In this document: in pieces, positions 25,041 to 33,955 of the stretch
Position numbering within the stretch: position 1 is the first letter of the stretch
How the letters are laid out: each line of letters opens with the position of its first letter
Source: a virus
Taxonomy: Duplodnaviria; Caudoviricetes
Strand: one strand, 5' to 3'
Length of the DNA: 47,018 nucleotides
Virus record (IMG/VR): IMGVR_UViG_3300017700_000722
Span: 1 to 47,018 of that record
The notes under the pieces: model-generated
Told to the model about the DNA's origin: nothing
Database searches by the model: none
What the model saw: the letters and a program-made list of their open reading frames with translations, nothing else
Made by a program: the position numbers and the translations under genes

Positions 25041-26209
25041 CAATCCACCCAACCAAATCCAAGCAAGTTGGGATCATCGAGCCGACGCGTCATGCGTGCG
25101 ACCTCGTTCGTTTGCGGGCCCGAGTTGCCCTCGATGCTGACGAAATGGATCCCGTCGGAGGGAACCGACTCGAGCACGCCAATATGCCCCGTCCACGCGC
25201 CAGGCTTCCCGCGATGCCACACGGGAACCATGCCCGCCTTGAGCTCGTGCCCGCGGTTCGCCCGCACGTCGGCAGCCGAGACCCAACGCGCCGCCGCTTG
25301 AAACTGTGCCATGGTCGCCTTAGCGCCAGCCGAGCCAGCGATCGGGCTCTTGACGTCGAGGCGGGCGCACGCGAGGCGGAGCCAGTGAGCCACAGCGGCG
25401 GCGCACCAATTGTTCGGCGAGCCCGCGCCGACCTCCGCGAGCCAGCGATCGATCTCGCCGCCCGTGTTCGCGACGTGCCCTTCCCGTACCCCCGTCTCGA
25501 GGCTCCGCACTGCCTCCAACAAGAGGGCATCGGCGAGGGTATGGGACGGCCCGCCCCATGGCCACACGGCGCGCCAGGCGCCCGCCAGCGCTTGCCCGAG
25601 GGCGGGAAGCACATCAGGCAGGGGCGGCGCGGCGTCGAGGCCTAGGAAGCCCTCGCAAAGCTGCTCGGCGTAGGTGTTGATCTGGGCTCCGTGGGCGGGC
25701 TTGTCGCACGTCGTCGAGCGGTAGGACGCGATCACGACGTTCGAGTCGTGTAGTCGGGTGTACCGCGGGCCCGCGCCCTCCGCCGGGATCGGGAGCAATT
25801 GCCCCGTCACCTGGCGAAGAACGCTCACGGTCGAAAGGTACGGGCCCGGATCGAGTTGCTCCGTGTAGGTGTTGTAAGTGTGGCTCGCGATCCATTGCAA
25901 TTCGCCGCGGGCCGCTCGTTCATAGAGATCCCTCCACTGCCCTACGGGCATCGTCTGAGGTCGCTTGGGTAGAGAACCGTGCGTACCGTCGAACGTGAAC
26001 ACCTCCGCGGGGGCAAGCCCCGCCGCGCATAGCTCGCGAACGCCCGCGCACCCGGCGGAGTAGCCCAGCAATCGCAGCGGGCTACCGTCGTCGGATTTGC
26101 GAATCGTCGCGAGGTTGCCGCGCGTTCCGGGAAAGGTGACGATCTTTTCCGAGGGGTAGCGCTTCCGCAACTTCCCCGGGAGATCGCCGCAGTAAATGGT
26201 AACGATCAT
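25040..26209 (-). CDS. Putative endolysin: alpha/beta-hydrolase domain + CHAP amidase domain
   Basis: N-terminal LLGYSAG and FDGTH; C-terminal NWCAAAV...GHIGV...IEGNS. Confidence 0.75.
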   Translation of the reverse strand: MIVTIYCGDLPGKLRKRYPSEKIVTFPGTRGNLATIRKSDDGSPLRLLGYSAGCAGVRELCAAGLAPAEVFTFDGTHGSLPKRPQTMPVGQWRDLYERAARGELQWIASHTYNTYTEQLDPGPYLSTVSVLRQVTGQLLPIPAEGAGPRYTRLHDSNVVIASYRSTTCDKPAHGAQINTYAEQLCEGFLGLDAAPPLPDVLPALGQALAGAWRAVWPWGGPSHTLADALLLEAVRSLETGVREGHVANTGGEIDRWLAEVGAGSPNNWCAAAVAHWLRLACARLDVKSPIAGSAGAKATMAQFQAAARWVSAADVRANRGHELKAGMVPVWHRGKPGAWTGHIGVLESVPSDGIHFVSIEGNSGPQTNEVARMTRRLDDPNLLGFGWVD

Positions 26210-26376
26210 TTCGCGCTAGCCTCCGCCTCACGTCGAGCAGCGTCGAACGCCGCCTTACCCCTGATTCGGAGCTTGTGCCCCTTGAGCGCCTGCGCCACAA
26301 CCGCCGAGACGCCCGCGGCGCCGAGCAGCCCGCCGAGAGCGACGCCGCCCGCTTGGATGATCTCGAGGTAGCTCAC
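26206..26376 (-). CDS. Small membrane protein (holin- or spanin-like)
   Basis: GTG start; hydrophobic GGVALGGLLGAAGVSAVVA followed by a basic tail. Confidence 0.55.
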   Translation of the reverse strand: MSYLEIIQAGGVALGGLLGAAGVSAVVAQALKGHKLRIRGKAAFDAARREAEASAK

Positions 26377-26702
26377 GGCGTCACCTCGGGTTCCGCGCAC
26401 ACTTCGGGGAACGTCGAGCACACGCCGACGCGCAATGCCTCGAGAGCTTGCACCACAGGCCCGACCTCGAGCGATTCGGCCTCGATGCATTGCGAACGAT
26501 CGTCGGCGAGCTTGCAATCCTCGAGACGTTCCTCGTAGCAGCTCAACACGTAGGGCTCGGAAACGTTCGCGCCCTCGACGGCGGGAACGAGGATCTTGCT
26601 CAGCGCTTCCGAGTTGCAGCCCGCCAGCACGGCGATCACGACGTAAGCAGCGAACGCGTACACGATTGCGCGCACCTCCACAGGCAATCGGCGGGCGGTC
26701 AC
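26373..26702 (-). CDS. Lipoprotein (spanin-like)
   Basis: Hydrophobic signal ending in lipobox LAGC; further Cys; located in the lysis cassette. Confidence 0.65.
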   Translation of the reverse strand: MTARRLPVEVRAIVYAFAAYVVIAVLAGCNSEALSKILVPAVEGANVSEPYVLSCYEERLEDCKLADDRSQCIEAESLEVGPVVQALEALRVGVCSTFPEVCAEPEVTP

Positions 26703-26980
26703 TTGATCGCCCCTAGCTGCGCGTCGAGCTCTTCCGTGAGCTCACGTAGCGGATCGTTCGGGTCGAGGCGGTTGCGCGCTTCCTCGATGACGCGTTCCGT
26801 AGTGAGAGGCACACCCGGGCGAGCGAGCGCGATTGCGAGCGGGCCGTAGCGGCGAATCGCCGTGGCGATGGTCGGGCCGTACTTCGGGATCCGACGCGTG
26901 AGCAGGATCGCGAGGTTGCACACCAAACCGAGGTGCACGTAAACGAGCGAGAAGTAGAGAACGAAATCCGCGACGGTCAT
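26699..26980 (-). CDS. Holin-like membrane protein
   Basis: N-terminal TM helix with a charged C-terminus; upstream of the lysin. Confidence 0.5.
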   Translation of the reverse strand: MTVADFVLYFSLVYVHLGLVCNLAILLTRRIPKYGPTIATAIRRYGPLAIALARPGVPLTTERVIEEARNRLDPNDPLRELTEELDAQLGAIK

Positions 26981-28206
26981 AGGGCCTCATCGTCAGTCGC
27001 GACGATAGCGATGTTGGAAGTATCGATTACAGCGATGCGCCGAGCAGGGATCGTAAGGTCCGCGTTCGTCACGATCGAAACACCTGAATAGCTTAGCACG
27101 ACCGACGTAACCCGGGTAACCCCCGTCGCGGTGTGTGCCGACGAAAGGTAATCGGAGAATGCGACCACGCCAGAATCACCCCCGATAGCGGGCTTTTGCT
27201 CGAGTGCGCCCGTCGCTGCGAGCAACGTTTCGACGGCGGCGTTTCCGACGTAGCGCGCAGGGTCTTTTTTGAGCGTGACGATCATCAGAATATCGATCGG
27301 CTCCGCGCGCGTGAACGAATATTTGAACGTCGGATCCGTGGTTTCCCCGAAGCTCTTTACCCCGTTGGGCTTGTGCTTTTTGATGATCGCCCAAATATCC
27401 TCATCGGGCACGGCCGCGCTTACGCCGTCCCATAGGATTACCTCGAACGAGTGCGGAGGCACCCCGAGCTTATCCGTTACGTCATCATCGTTATCGATGA
27501 TCTCGACTGCCAAGATTGGATGATTGCCCTCGGCGTCCACGTAGGCGAGCAAGGCAGCCTCGAGCGCTGGCGCGGTCGTGCCTCCGAGTGCGCGGAGCTC
27601 CGCGCGCCTGCGCCGGCGCAAGCCCACGTTGCCCTCGATGTTTGCCCCGATCGTTCCGTCGAGTGTGTTCGTCACGGAAACGAGACCCGTTGCAGGCGTG
27701 GCGATGACGGTAACCGTGCCCGCGTTCGCGACCACAGGCCCGAGGAATTCCGACCGCGCCTCGATGGGGAACGTATCGGTTACGCCCGTCTCGTTCGTGA
27801 AATTCTCGGTTGCGACGAATCGCGTTTCCGGACTGGCCCCAAGGGCGAACATGGTAACGCCCGCCTCGACCTCCGCTCCGTCGTCGAGCTCGACCGTGAG
27901 GGCGTTCGCGCCCTTGAACGTCGTATACGTTGCCGGATTGCGCGTCGTGCCTGTGATAGCGCACAGGGCGTCGAGGCGTTGATCCTCCGCGGCGTTCGGG
28001 TCGAGCCCATCATAGGCGATCTTGATTACCTCCCACCCTTCGCGGAGGTGCGAGGCAACGATCCCGTCATGCTCGCCCGCGACCGAATCAGCCTCGGTTG
28101 CGATCAACGCGTCGACTGTGCCCTTTGCATCGTCGCCCAATTGCGTTTTCAGCGAAACGACTGTGGGGATCTCGAGGCCCGAAGTTGTCAGGTATTGCGG
28201 CGGCAT
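26977..28206 (-). CDS. Baseplate J-like protein
   Basis: DPNAAEDQRLDALCAITG.TR, GPVVANAGT, LRRRR, PPHSFEV. Confidence 0.88.
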   Translation of the reverse strand: MPPQYLTTSGLEIPTVVSLKTQLGDDAKGTVDALIATEADSVAGEHDGIVASHLREGWEVIKIAYDGLDPNAAEDQRLDALCAITGTTRNPATYTTFKGANALTVELDDGAEVEAGVTMFALGASPETRFVATENFTNETGVTDTFPIEARSEFLGPVVANAGTVTVIATPATGLVSVTNTLDGTIGANIEGNVGLRRRRRAELRALGGTTAPALEAALLAYVDAEGNHPILAVEIIDNDDDVTDKLGVPPHSFEVILWDGVSAAVPDEDIWAIIKKHKPNGVKSFGETTDPTFKYSFTRAEPIDILMIVTLKKDPARYVGNAAVETLLAATGALEQKPAIGGDSGVVAFSDYLSSAHTATGVTRVTSVVLSYSGVSIVTNADLTIPARRIAVIDTSNIAIVATDDEAL

Positions 28207-28209
28207 GGC

Positions 28210-28647
28210 TTAGGGATTCCCCACGATGAAAGGTTGATTGGCGAGAGAGATTGCGCGCCCACCCGCCGAGACTCGAGCACGCGCCGAATAGGTGCGCGTG
28301 GGCTTGTGGAGGTTGTGTGTGTAGGAAAGGATCCGCGAAACGCCCGGAGTCTCTCGGATGATGCGCCGGAAGAACGACTCGACCAACGCGAGATCCGGAT
28401 TACGGATGAAAACGTTTTGCAAGTAGGGCACGCCCTCCCGGAGGTCGAGGAACCAATCCCCACGCCAAAAGCCCATGCGGATCGCGAGGCGTTGCGCTAC
28501 CGCGTCGACCCCTCCGACCAAACGCATGGGGATCGCGAGGTCACCCGTAAGCGGATCAAGGGCGTAATCCTTGCGAGCGATTGCCGGGCCCGGATCGTTT
28601 ACGAGCGGAATATCCTCGACCGTGTAGGACCATGCAAGGATCGTCAT
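28210..28647 (-). CDS. Baseplate wedge / sheath initiator
   Basis: DAVAQRL..R.GFWRGDWFLDL.EGVPY...I.ETPGV. Confidence 0.8.
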   Translation of the reverse strand: MTILAWSYTVEDIPLVNDPGPAIARKDYALDPLTGDLAIPMRLVGGVDAVAQRLAIRMGFWRGDWFLDLREGVPYLQNVFIRNPDLALVESFFRRIIRETPGVSRILSYTHNLHKPTRTYSARARVSAGGRAISLANQPFIVGNP

Positions 28648-29294
28648 TCGATTTTCACCTTATCACATTTGACCGAATCGAGAGGCCCTACGATGGTATC
28701 GGGAACGGCGGAGCTCCCGCTCCCGGTCGTGATCCCTCCGTGCTTATGCCCGTCGTAAGCGGCTTGCAGCGTGGCGATCCGATCGTCCACGTATTCAGCG
28801 ACGGCCGCGAATAGCTCCGCGTTCTCGGAACCGATGCGCGTCATCGGCGAACCGATCACGAGACTAGGCGAGGCGGCTTGCACGCCCGTAACCTTGAGCT
28901 TGGATAGGCGCGCGGGGAAGAACATTGCGGAGCCTAACGCGTTCCTCCGGAGGTCACCCGCGGGCGTCACTGTGCCCTTTTCGCGGAAGGCTCCCGATGC
29001 GCTCGAGGTGAACACGAGCAAACCCTCATCGCCCTTGTTGATCTTGCATGTGATCTGCACATCGCCCGCGGCAAAGAACATGACGGGAACGTTGCTCACG
29101 ATCGGTAACGTCTCGTGGCCCAAAGCTCCGTCGAGCTCCGCCGGTAGCGTGCGCTGCAATGCGGGTTGCACGTCGACCGTTTCGGTTGCGGCGTCGAACT
29201 TCTGAACGATGCAAGGTTCCGCCGTCCACGTGTTACGCGCACGCGTATCTAGGGCGGCGGAGATCAATTCGGCGAGGGTGACGCGGAGGCCCAT
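28644..29294 (-). CDS. Baseplate spike (Gp138-like N-terminus)
   Basis: TVDVQP, LP.V.NVPV.F, GDEGLLVF and the C-terminal HxH metal-binding tip (GHKHGG). Confidence 0.85.
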   Translation of the reverse strand: MGLRVTLAELISAALDTRARNTWTAEPCIVQKFDAATETVDVQPALQRTLPAELDGALGHETLPIVSNVPVMFFAAGDVQITCKINKGDEGLLVFTSSASGAFREKGTVTPAGDLRRNALGSAMFFPARLSKLKVTGVQAASPSLVIGSPMTRIGSENAELFAAVAEYVDDRIATLQAAYDGHKHGGITTGSGSSAVPDTIVGPLDSVKCDKVKIE

Positions 29295-29295
29295 G

Positions 29296-30132
29296 TTAGT
29301 ATTTCTTCGCTTGGATTTCGATTTGCCAGGGTGCGTCGGTTCGCGTGTCGCCCGAGTGTACGGTTTCCTCGATGCGATATTGACCCTTGAGGCGCGTTGC
29401 ATCGAGCACGAGCAGTCGCCCGGGGAAGACGTCGGGCTGTAGCAAGGTGCTCACAGTGAGAACGCCTTTCGGATCGATGGTCGGTTCCCCGATCATGCCT
29501 GCCCCCTTGGGGCCTCCGAGGTAGATTGCAGTCCCCTCTAGTGACCTTTTCCGCTCGAGGATTTGCAGCTTGCCGTTTTGGATCGACCAATCGAGCGAGA
29601 GCGAATTGCAAATGTTCGTCATTTCAGCGGCGGCTTGACCGCTGAGCACGGTTCCCATGCTGAAAATGTTTCCCGTGCCCGAGAACGCGCTACGGATCTT
29701 TCGCGCGGCGTCGTCGAGGTTGCCCGCCCCGACGCCCACGGCGAGCGCGATTTGCTTGAGCACTTGATCCGTGTTCGTGCCCTTCGCAATCGACACGTTT
29801 ACGCGGGAGGTCTTTACCTCTTTCTCGCCGTCACCTGCCTCGAACGTCGTGATCGCGTCGGGCTTGGGGCCTGTGGTGCCTCCCGAGCGGCAACGCCCGA
29901 GAAACACGGTTGACATGCCTTCCTCGTAACCCGCGTCGAATTGCACAGGGAGCCAAGTGCCTACGCTCATTTGCGCGATGTGATCACGGGTCAAATTCCA
30001 AACCTGAAAAACGCCCTTGTTGGGCTCGGGTTTCAGATTCTTAGAGACCGTGAACGAAAAGCGTAACGAGTCGCGGGATTCAATCCCGACGTTGTTTACC
30101 TTGAGCAAGGCGCGCCGCCCGAAGAGTCTCAT
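29296..30132 (-). CDS. Baseplate hub protein
   Basis: FTVSKNLKPEPN, WNL, AGY, WSIQNGKL, GMIGEP, HSGDTR. Confidence 0.82.
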   Translation of the reverse strand: MRLFGRRALLKVNNVGIESRDSLRFSFTVSKNLKPEPNKGVFQVWNLTRDHIAQMSVGTWLPVQFDAGYEEGMSTVFLGRCRSGGTTGPKPDAITTFEAGDGEKEVKTSRVNVSIAKGTNTDQVLKQIALAVGVGAGNLDDAARKIRSAFSGTGNIFSMGTVLSGQAAAEMTNICNSLSLDWSIQNGKLQILERKRSLEGTAIYLGGPKGAGMIGEPTIDPKGVLTVSTLLQPDVFPGRLLVLDATRLKGQYRIEETVHSGDTRTDAPWQIEIQAKKY

Positions 30133-30494
30133 AGCTCACCCGCGAGGGCCTCCAATTCGGCGAGCTCCGCGCCCGAGAAATACACGAGCTTTACCTCACG
30201 CCCGAGAGACGCGAACCCGGGAGCCTCTCGGGAGCCAAACCCGACTAGGCGGGCGTCCAGAAACGCGAGCTTCCCGGCGGGGCGATTGGCTGCAACGCAC
30301 CCGACCAGCAAATCCCAATTCGGCGTAACCTTCATTCCGGTTCGCACGGGAACGCCCACGGAGTCGTAAAGCGAGAGGTACCAGCGATCCTCGCGGCCGT
30401 TCCAATCAAAGGACAACTTGAAATCCACGCCGTCGAGCGGAACGGTTTCGGTGTACGATGACACCTCGGGGAACAAGGGGATTTCGACTCTCAT
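30129..30494 (-). CDS. Baseplate small component
   Basis: LDGVDFKLSFDWNGREDRWYLSLYD; position in the tail module. Confidence 0.75.
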   Translation of the reverse strand: MRVEIPLFPEVSSYTETVPLDGVDFKLSFDWNGREDRWYLSLYDSVGVPVRTGMKVTPNWDLLVGCVAANRPAGKLAFLDARLVGFGSREAPGFASLGREVKLVYFSGAELAELEALAGEL

Positions 30495-31102
30495 AGTTTC
30501 TTTCCGAGGTAATCCCACCCCTTGGATAGCAATGAGCTATCGCCGCCGAATAGATCCTTGAGCGTGGCATCAACGCCCGTTTGCGCGCCCTTCGCTTGGG
30601 TCGGAGCTCCGCGAGGCTCGGCGGGCTTGGGGGCGGTAACCTCTTGCGTGTTTACTACGCTGAGCTCCCTCCAATCGATGTGGATTTCCGCGTGCCCCGT
30701 AGTCTTAAGCGGGAGCCCGATGTATTTGATCAGCATCGACTCGTAGTCACGGGCGTGCGTGACGATGGTTCCCGTAATGAAACCGCTTTGCAGGGCCTCG
30801 AGACGGGCGACCGCTTCGCGGATGCGGTTCGCCTCGCGGGCGATCTGAAACGTCGTTACGCCCTTCGCATCGGTCACGTATGAGCCGCCCTCATAAAACG
30901 TGTTGTGGGTCGGGTTGCTGCTTACCACGACGTCGGCGGAAAACGTTTTCGGGACCTTGATCACATGATCGGAAACCGTCGCGCCCGTCTCGATCGGGTT
31001 GTCGGTCGGAGTTACTTCGAGCTTGTGATCCTCGAGCAGCGTGAGATCGAAACCGATGTAGTCGAACGTTTCGTCATCGGGGATGAAATAGACCGTCGAC
31101 AT
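30491..31102 (-). CDS. Dit-like / tail tube initiator protein
   Basis: E.H...VTPTDNPIETGATVSDH....P; follows the tape measure gene. Confidence 0.8.
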   Translation of the reverse strand: MSTVYFIPDDETFDYIGFDLTLLEDHKLEVTPTDNPIETGATVSDHVIKVPKTFSADVVVSSNPTHNTFYEGGSYVTDAKGVTTFQIAREANRIREAVARLEALQSGFITGTIVTHARDYESMLIKYIGLPLKTTGHAEIHIDWRELSVVNTQEVTAPKPAEPRGAPTQAKGAQTGVDATLKDLFGGDSSLLSKGWDYLGKKL

Positions 31103-31103
31103 T

Positions 31104-32861
31104 TCACAGGGCCTCGGTTAGGGCGTTGATCGCCGCCTCGTTCGACTTGGAAACCGCCCGCATGATCTGGTCTTTGGTAATCCCAAGGGCCTCGAGATCG
31201 GTCGTGTTGATCGTAAGCGACACGTTGGTCACGGGGGAGGCGTTGATCGTGTCGCCCTGTGGCTTGAACCCGCCCGCCCCATCCTCGACGAATCGCGTTC
31301 CGTATTCCTCGTTCGTGCGGGAGGTCGCGTAGCCCCTGCCCTCGACTGCCACGCCCGCCGCCGATAGCGTGTTGTGGAGGTCGGCAACAACTTGCTTTTG
31401 CTCCGCCAACCAAGCCTCATTGCCCGCGGCGTTCTGATCGTTGCCGACAAGCGATTTCAGCACCCGCTGATTTTCGCGCCACTGATCGGCGGGGTCGACC
31501 GTGCCCGCCGCCTCGAACTTCTGACGCCGAAACAACTTCTGATCGTTGCTAAGGCCCGCCTCGAATTTCTCCCATTTCGCAACCTCGGCGTTTGCGTTCT
31601 CGAGCAGCGTCGCGCGTTGCGTGGCGGTCGCGTCCCTATACGACTGGTGACGCTTGTCCGTTACCTCTTGCTCGAGGGTGCCCGCATCCTTGAACAGATC
31701 GCGCCACGTCGTATCAGCGCCCTTCATTTGCTTCGTTGCGACGCCGATAGCGGCGGGAATATCGTCCGCAAAGAACTTGACGATCGAGCCGCCGACGGTA
31801 CCGAACGTAACGGCTAGCTTGTCCAGCAATCCGTTTTGCGCGGCAATGTCCTTTGACAAGTCGTTCACGTCTTTTTTGATCTTCCGGAAAATATCGTCGC
31901 TGGCGTCTTTCCCAAAGATGTAATCCATGAATCGCTTGGTTACCGCGTTGCCACCCTCGAACGCCGTAATTACGTCGTCGACTACGAGGCCCACGAGACC
32001 CAACGCCGCGATAGTCAAGAGCCACGGAGCAAGCGCAGCTGCGCCCGCGATAGCGCCAGCAATGCCGACGCCGATCAACACATTCTTTAGGTGCCCGCCG
32101 CCCTCATCGCCCTTCCGGAAATTCGCCGCGAGCAGGCCCGCGTAGCTCGTAACTTTCGTAATGGCGGGCGCAATGCCGACAACCATTTGAGCCTTGAGCC
32201 CGTTTAGTGCGAGCTCGAATTGATCCGTCTTATCCCCGAGGTCATCGAGGGCACCGATCGCGTCTTCCGAGAGCCCGCCGCCTAGGGCCTCATATTGCTC
32301 GACCATGCCCGCGAAACCTTCGCGCCCCTCCGCGAACACGGGGATCAACTTGCCACCCGCTCGCCCGAATAGGTCGAGGGCGGCTTTGCTCCGCTGAGCA
32401 GGATCCTCGAGAGCGGCAATCGCTACGCCCGCGTCGGTCGCGATCTCGCCCATCGGGCGTAGCTTGCCCTCCGCGTCTTTCGTCTTTACCCCGAGCTCAT
32501 CGAGCAGCCCGCCCGCCTTCGCGCTCGCCCCGCCTACCTCCGCAATGTTCTTTTGCAGGGTGCGGAACATGGGCTCGACGTCGGAGGCTTGCCCGCCCGT
32601 TTGCCCGATGACGTATTGCCACTCTTGCAGATCGTTCGTGCTCACCCCGAGGCGGGCCGACATGTCATTGATACTCGACCCGAGGTCGACCATATCCGTA
32701 ACCATGCCCTTGATCACGCCGCCCACGGCCGCGCCCGCGATGAGCCCGCCGAGCCCGCGCAGGCCCGAGGTGAAGCCCCCGATCAACCCGCCCGCCTTGC
32801 TAAGCTTTGACGTGTCGACGTCGATCGAGAACTTCGCTAGAACTTCCTGCAATACGCCCAT
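31104..32861 (-). CDS. Tail tape measure protein
   Basis: Long Ala/Gly-rich helical protein; LGVST..LQEW, ALDLFGRAG..L.P; hydrophobic segment. Confidence 0.9.
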   Translation of the reverse strand: MGVLQEVLAKFSIDVDTSKLSKAGGLIGGFTSGLRGLGGLIAGAAVGGVIKGMVTDMVDLGSSINDMSARLGVSTNDLQEWQYVIGQTGGQASDVEPMFRTLQKNIAEVGGASAKAGGLLDELGVKTKDAEGKLRPMGEIATDAGVAIAALEDPAQRSKAALDLFGRAGGKLIPVFAEGREGFAGMVEQYEALGGGLSEDAIGALDDLGDKTDQFELALNGLKAQMVVGIAPAITKVTSYAGLLAANFRKGDEGGGHLKNVLIGVGIAGAIAGAAALAPWLLTIAALGLVGLVVDDVITAFEGGNAVTKRFMDYIFGKDASDDIFRKIKKDVNDLSKDIAAQNGLLDKLAVTFGTVGGSIVKFFADDIPAAIGVATKQMKGADTTWRDLFKDAGTLEQEVTDKRHQSYRDATATQRATLLENANAEVAKWEKFEAGLSNDQKLFRRQKFEAAGTVDPADQWRENQRVLKSLVGNDQNAAGNEAWLAEQKQVVADLHNTLSAAGVAVEGRGYATSRTNEEYGTRFVEDGAGGFKPQGDTINASPVTNVSLTINTTDLEALGITKDQIMRAVSKSNEAAINALTEAL

Positions 32862-32865
32862 AGCA

Positions 32866-33039
32866 TTACTCGATCGTGGCGTTCTCGAGCATGTCGAGCA
32901 CCTTGTGTGCTTCGATCAGATCCTCGATACTCCACTGATCATAAACCTCCGTGAGGGTGCAAGTAATCCGCGGGTGCGTGACGATGCGCCACACATCCCA
33001 ATTCACCCCTTGCGGGATCGCAAGGATACGGGCTTTCCC
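32866..33039 (-). CDS. Tail assembly chaperone, -1 frameshift extension (gpT-like)
   Basis: -1 frame after G GGA AAG: ARILAIPQGVNWDVWRIV...CTLTEV..QWSIEDLIEAH..LD. Confidence 0.75.
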   Translation of the reverse strand, partial: GKARILAIPQGVNWDVWRIVTHPRITCTLTEVYDQWSIEDLIEAHKVLDMLENATIE

Positions 33040-33395
33040 TTTGCCGGATTTTTTTCTTTGGCTGCCTCTCGCAGCCCATCGAAAAAATCGCCGGTCAAGG
33101 CCTCGACTGCCGCGGAGAAAATCAGGAAGGCAACGATCGGCTCGAAATCCTCCCAATCGATCAAGTCGCCCTCGACCTCGACGGTTGCGTTACCCTCCGC
33201 GTCTTTCATGGTCTCGGCGCCCGAGTAAACCTCGATGCGCGCCATGAGCCACGCTTGCGCGGCGGAGGCTTTTCCGGAGTTGTTGGCGGCGGTCGCTGCG
33301 ATGTATTCCTCGACGTAGGGGGCTGCCTCGAGAGTGCGGCGCACGCCCCACGGCTTGATCTGGTAATCCTTGCCCTTGACCGTAATCGTTTTCAT
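33003..33395 (-). CDS. Tail assembly chaperone (gpG-like)
   Basis: Between tube and tape measure genes; in-frame slippery heptamers near its end. Confidence 0.8.
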   Translation of the reverse strand: MKTITVKGKDYQIKPWGVRRTLEAAPYVEEYIAATAANNSGKASAAQAWLMARIEVYSGAETMKDAEGNATVEVEGDLIDWEDFEPIVAFLIFSAAVEALTGDFFDGLREAAKEKNPAKGKPVSLRSRKG

Positions 33396-33420
33396 GTTGC
33401 CCTTTCTAGTGACTGTGAAT

Positions 33421-33494
33421 GTTCCGCGACACGAGGCCACGCACGATGACTCCGGGAAAGGTGACCGGTCGTGCGTAGCCTCGCAGCGCGGAAC
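33421..33494. promoter_or_regulatory. Long imperfect hairpin between tube and chaperone genes
   Basis: Nested arms GTTCCGCG/CGCGGAAC, CGAGGC/GCCTCG, ACGCACGA/TCGTGCGT and CCGG/CCGG. Confidence 0.7.
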
Positions 33495-33512
33495 GCTGCG
33501 AGCTCGGGGCTT

Positions 33513-33953
33513 TTACGCCTTCCCGAGAATCAACGTGCCCTCGCCCGTCTCGAGAGTCCACATACGCATTTCGACGTTTTGGCTCATCTTGACGACCGGT
33601 TCCCCCGTAACCCACGCCTCGCCCGTGACGAACGAGTCGAGGTTGCTCCCTTTCCACAGGAACGGGAGCGCGATGCCGCCCGCCCCGAGCTCGCACACCA
33701 TGCGATCGGCGAGCAGCTGCGCCGTGAAATACTTGTTGGCCTTCGCGCCAGGCAGCAACTCGATCTCGATCTTGAACGACTTGTTAGCCGTGTAGGAGCG
33801 AGCTACCGCGCCATCGTTGCCGATGACGGAAACGAACTTCGGCCCCATGGGCGTAATCGTGATCGCCGCCCCCGTGCCGAATGCGCGGATACGCACGCCC
33901 CCGAGGGAGACGATCGAACCCGCAAGGGACTGTGTATCGAGTGATTCGCTCAT
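33513..33953 (-). CDS. Tail tube protein (DUF3277-like)
   Basis: Follows the sheath gene; IG.DG.VARS, I.LLPG..AN, R.W..E. Confidence 0.8.
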   Translation of the reverse strand: MSESLDTQSLAGSIVSLGGVRIRAFGTGAAITITPMGPKFVSVIGNDGAVARSYTANKSFKIEIELLPGAKANKYFTAQLLADRMVCELGAGGIALPFLWKGSNLDSFVTGEAWVTGEPVVKMSQNVEMRMWTLETGEGTLILGKA

Positions 33954-33955
33954 GA

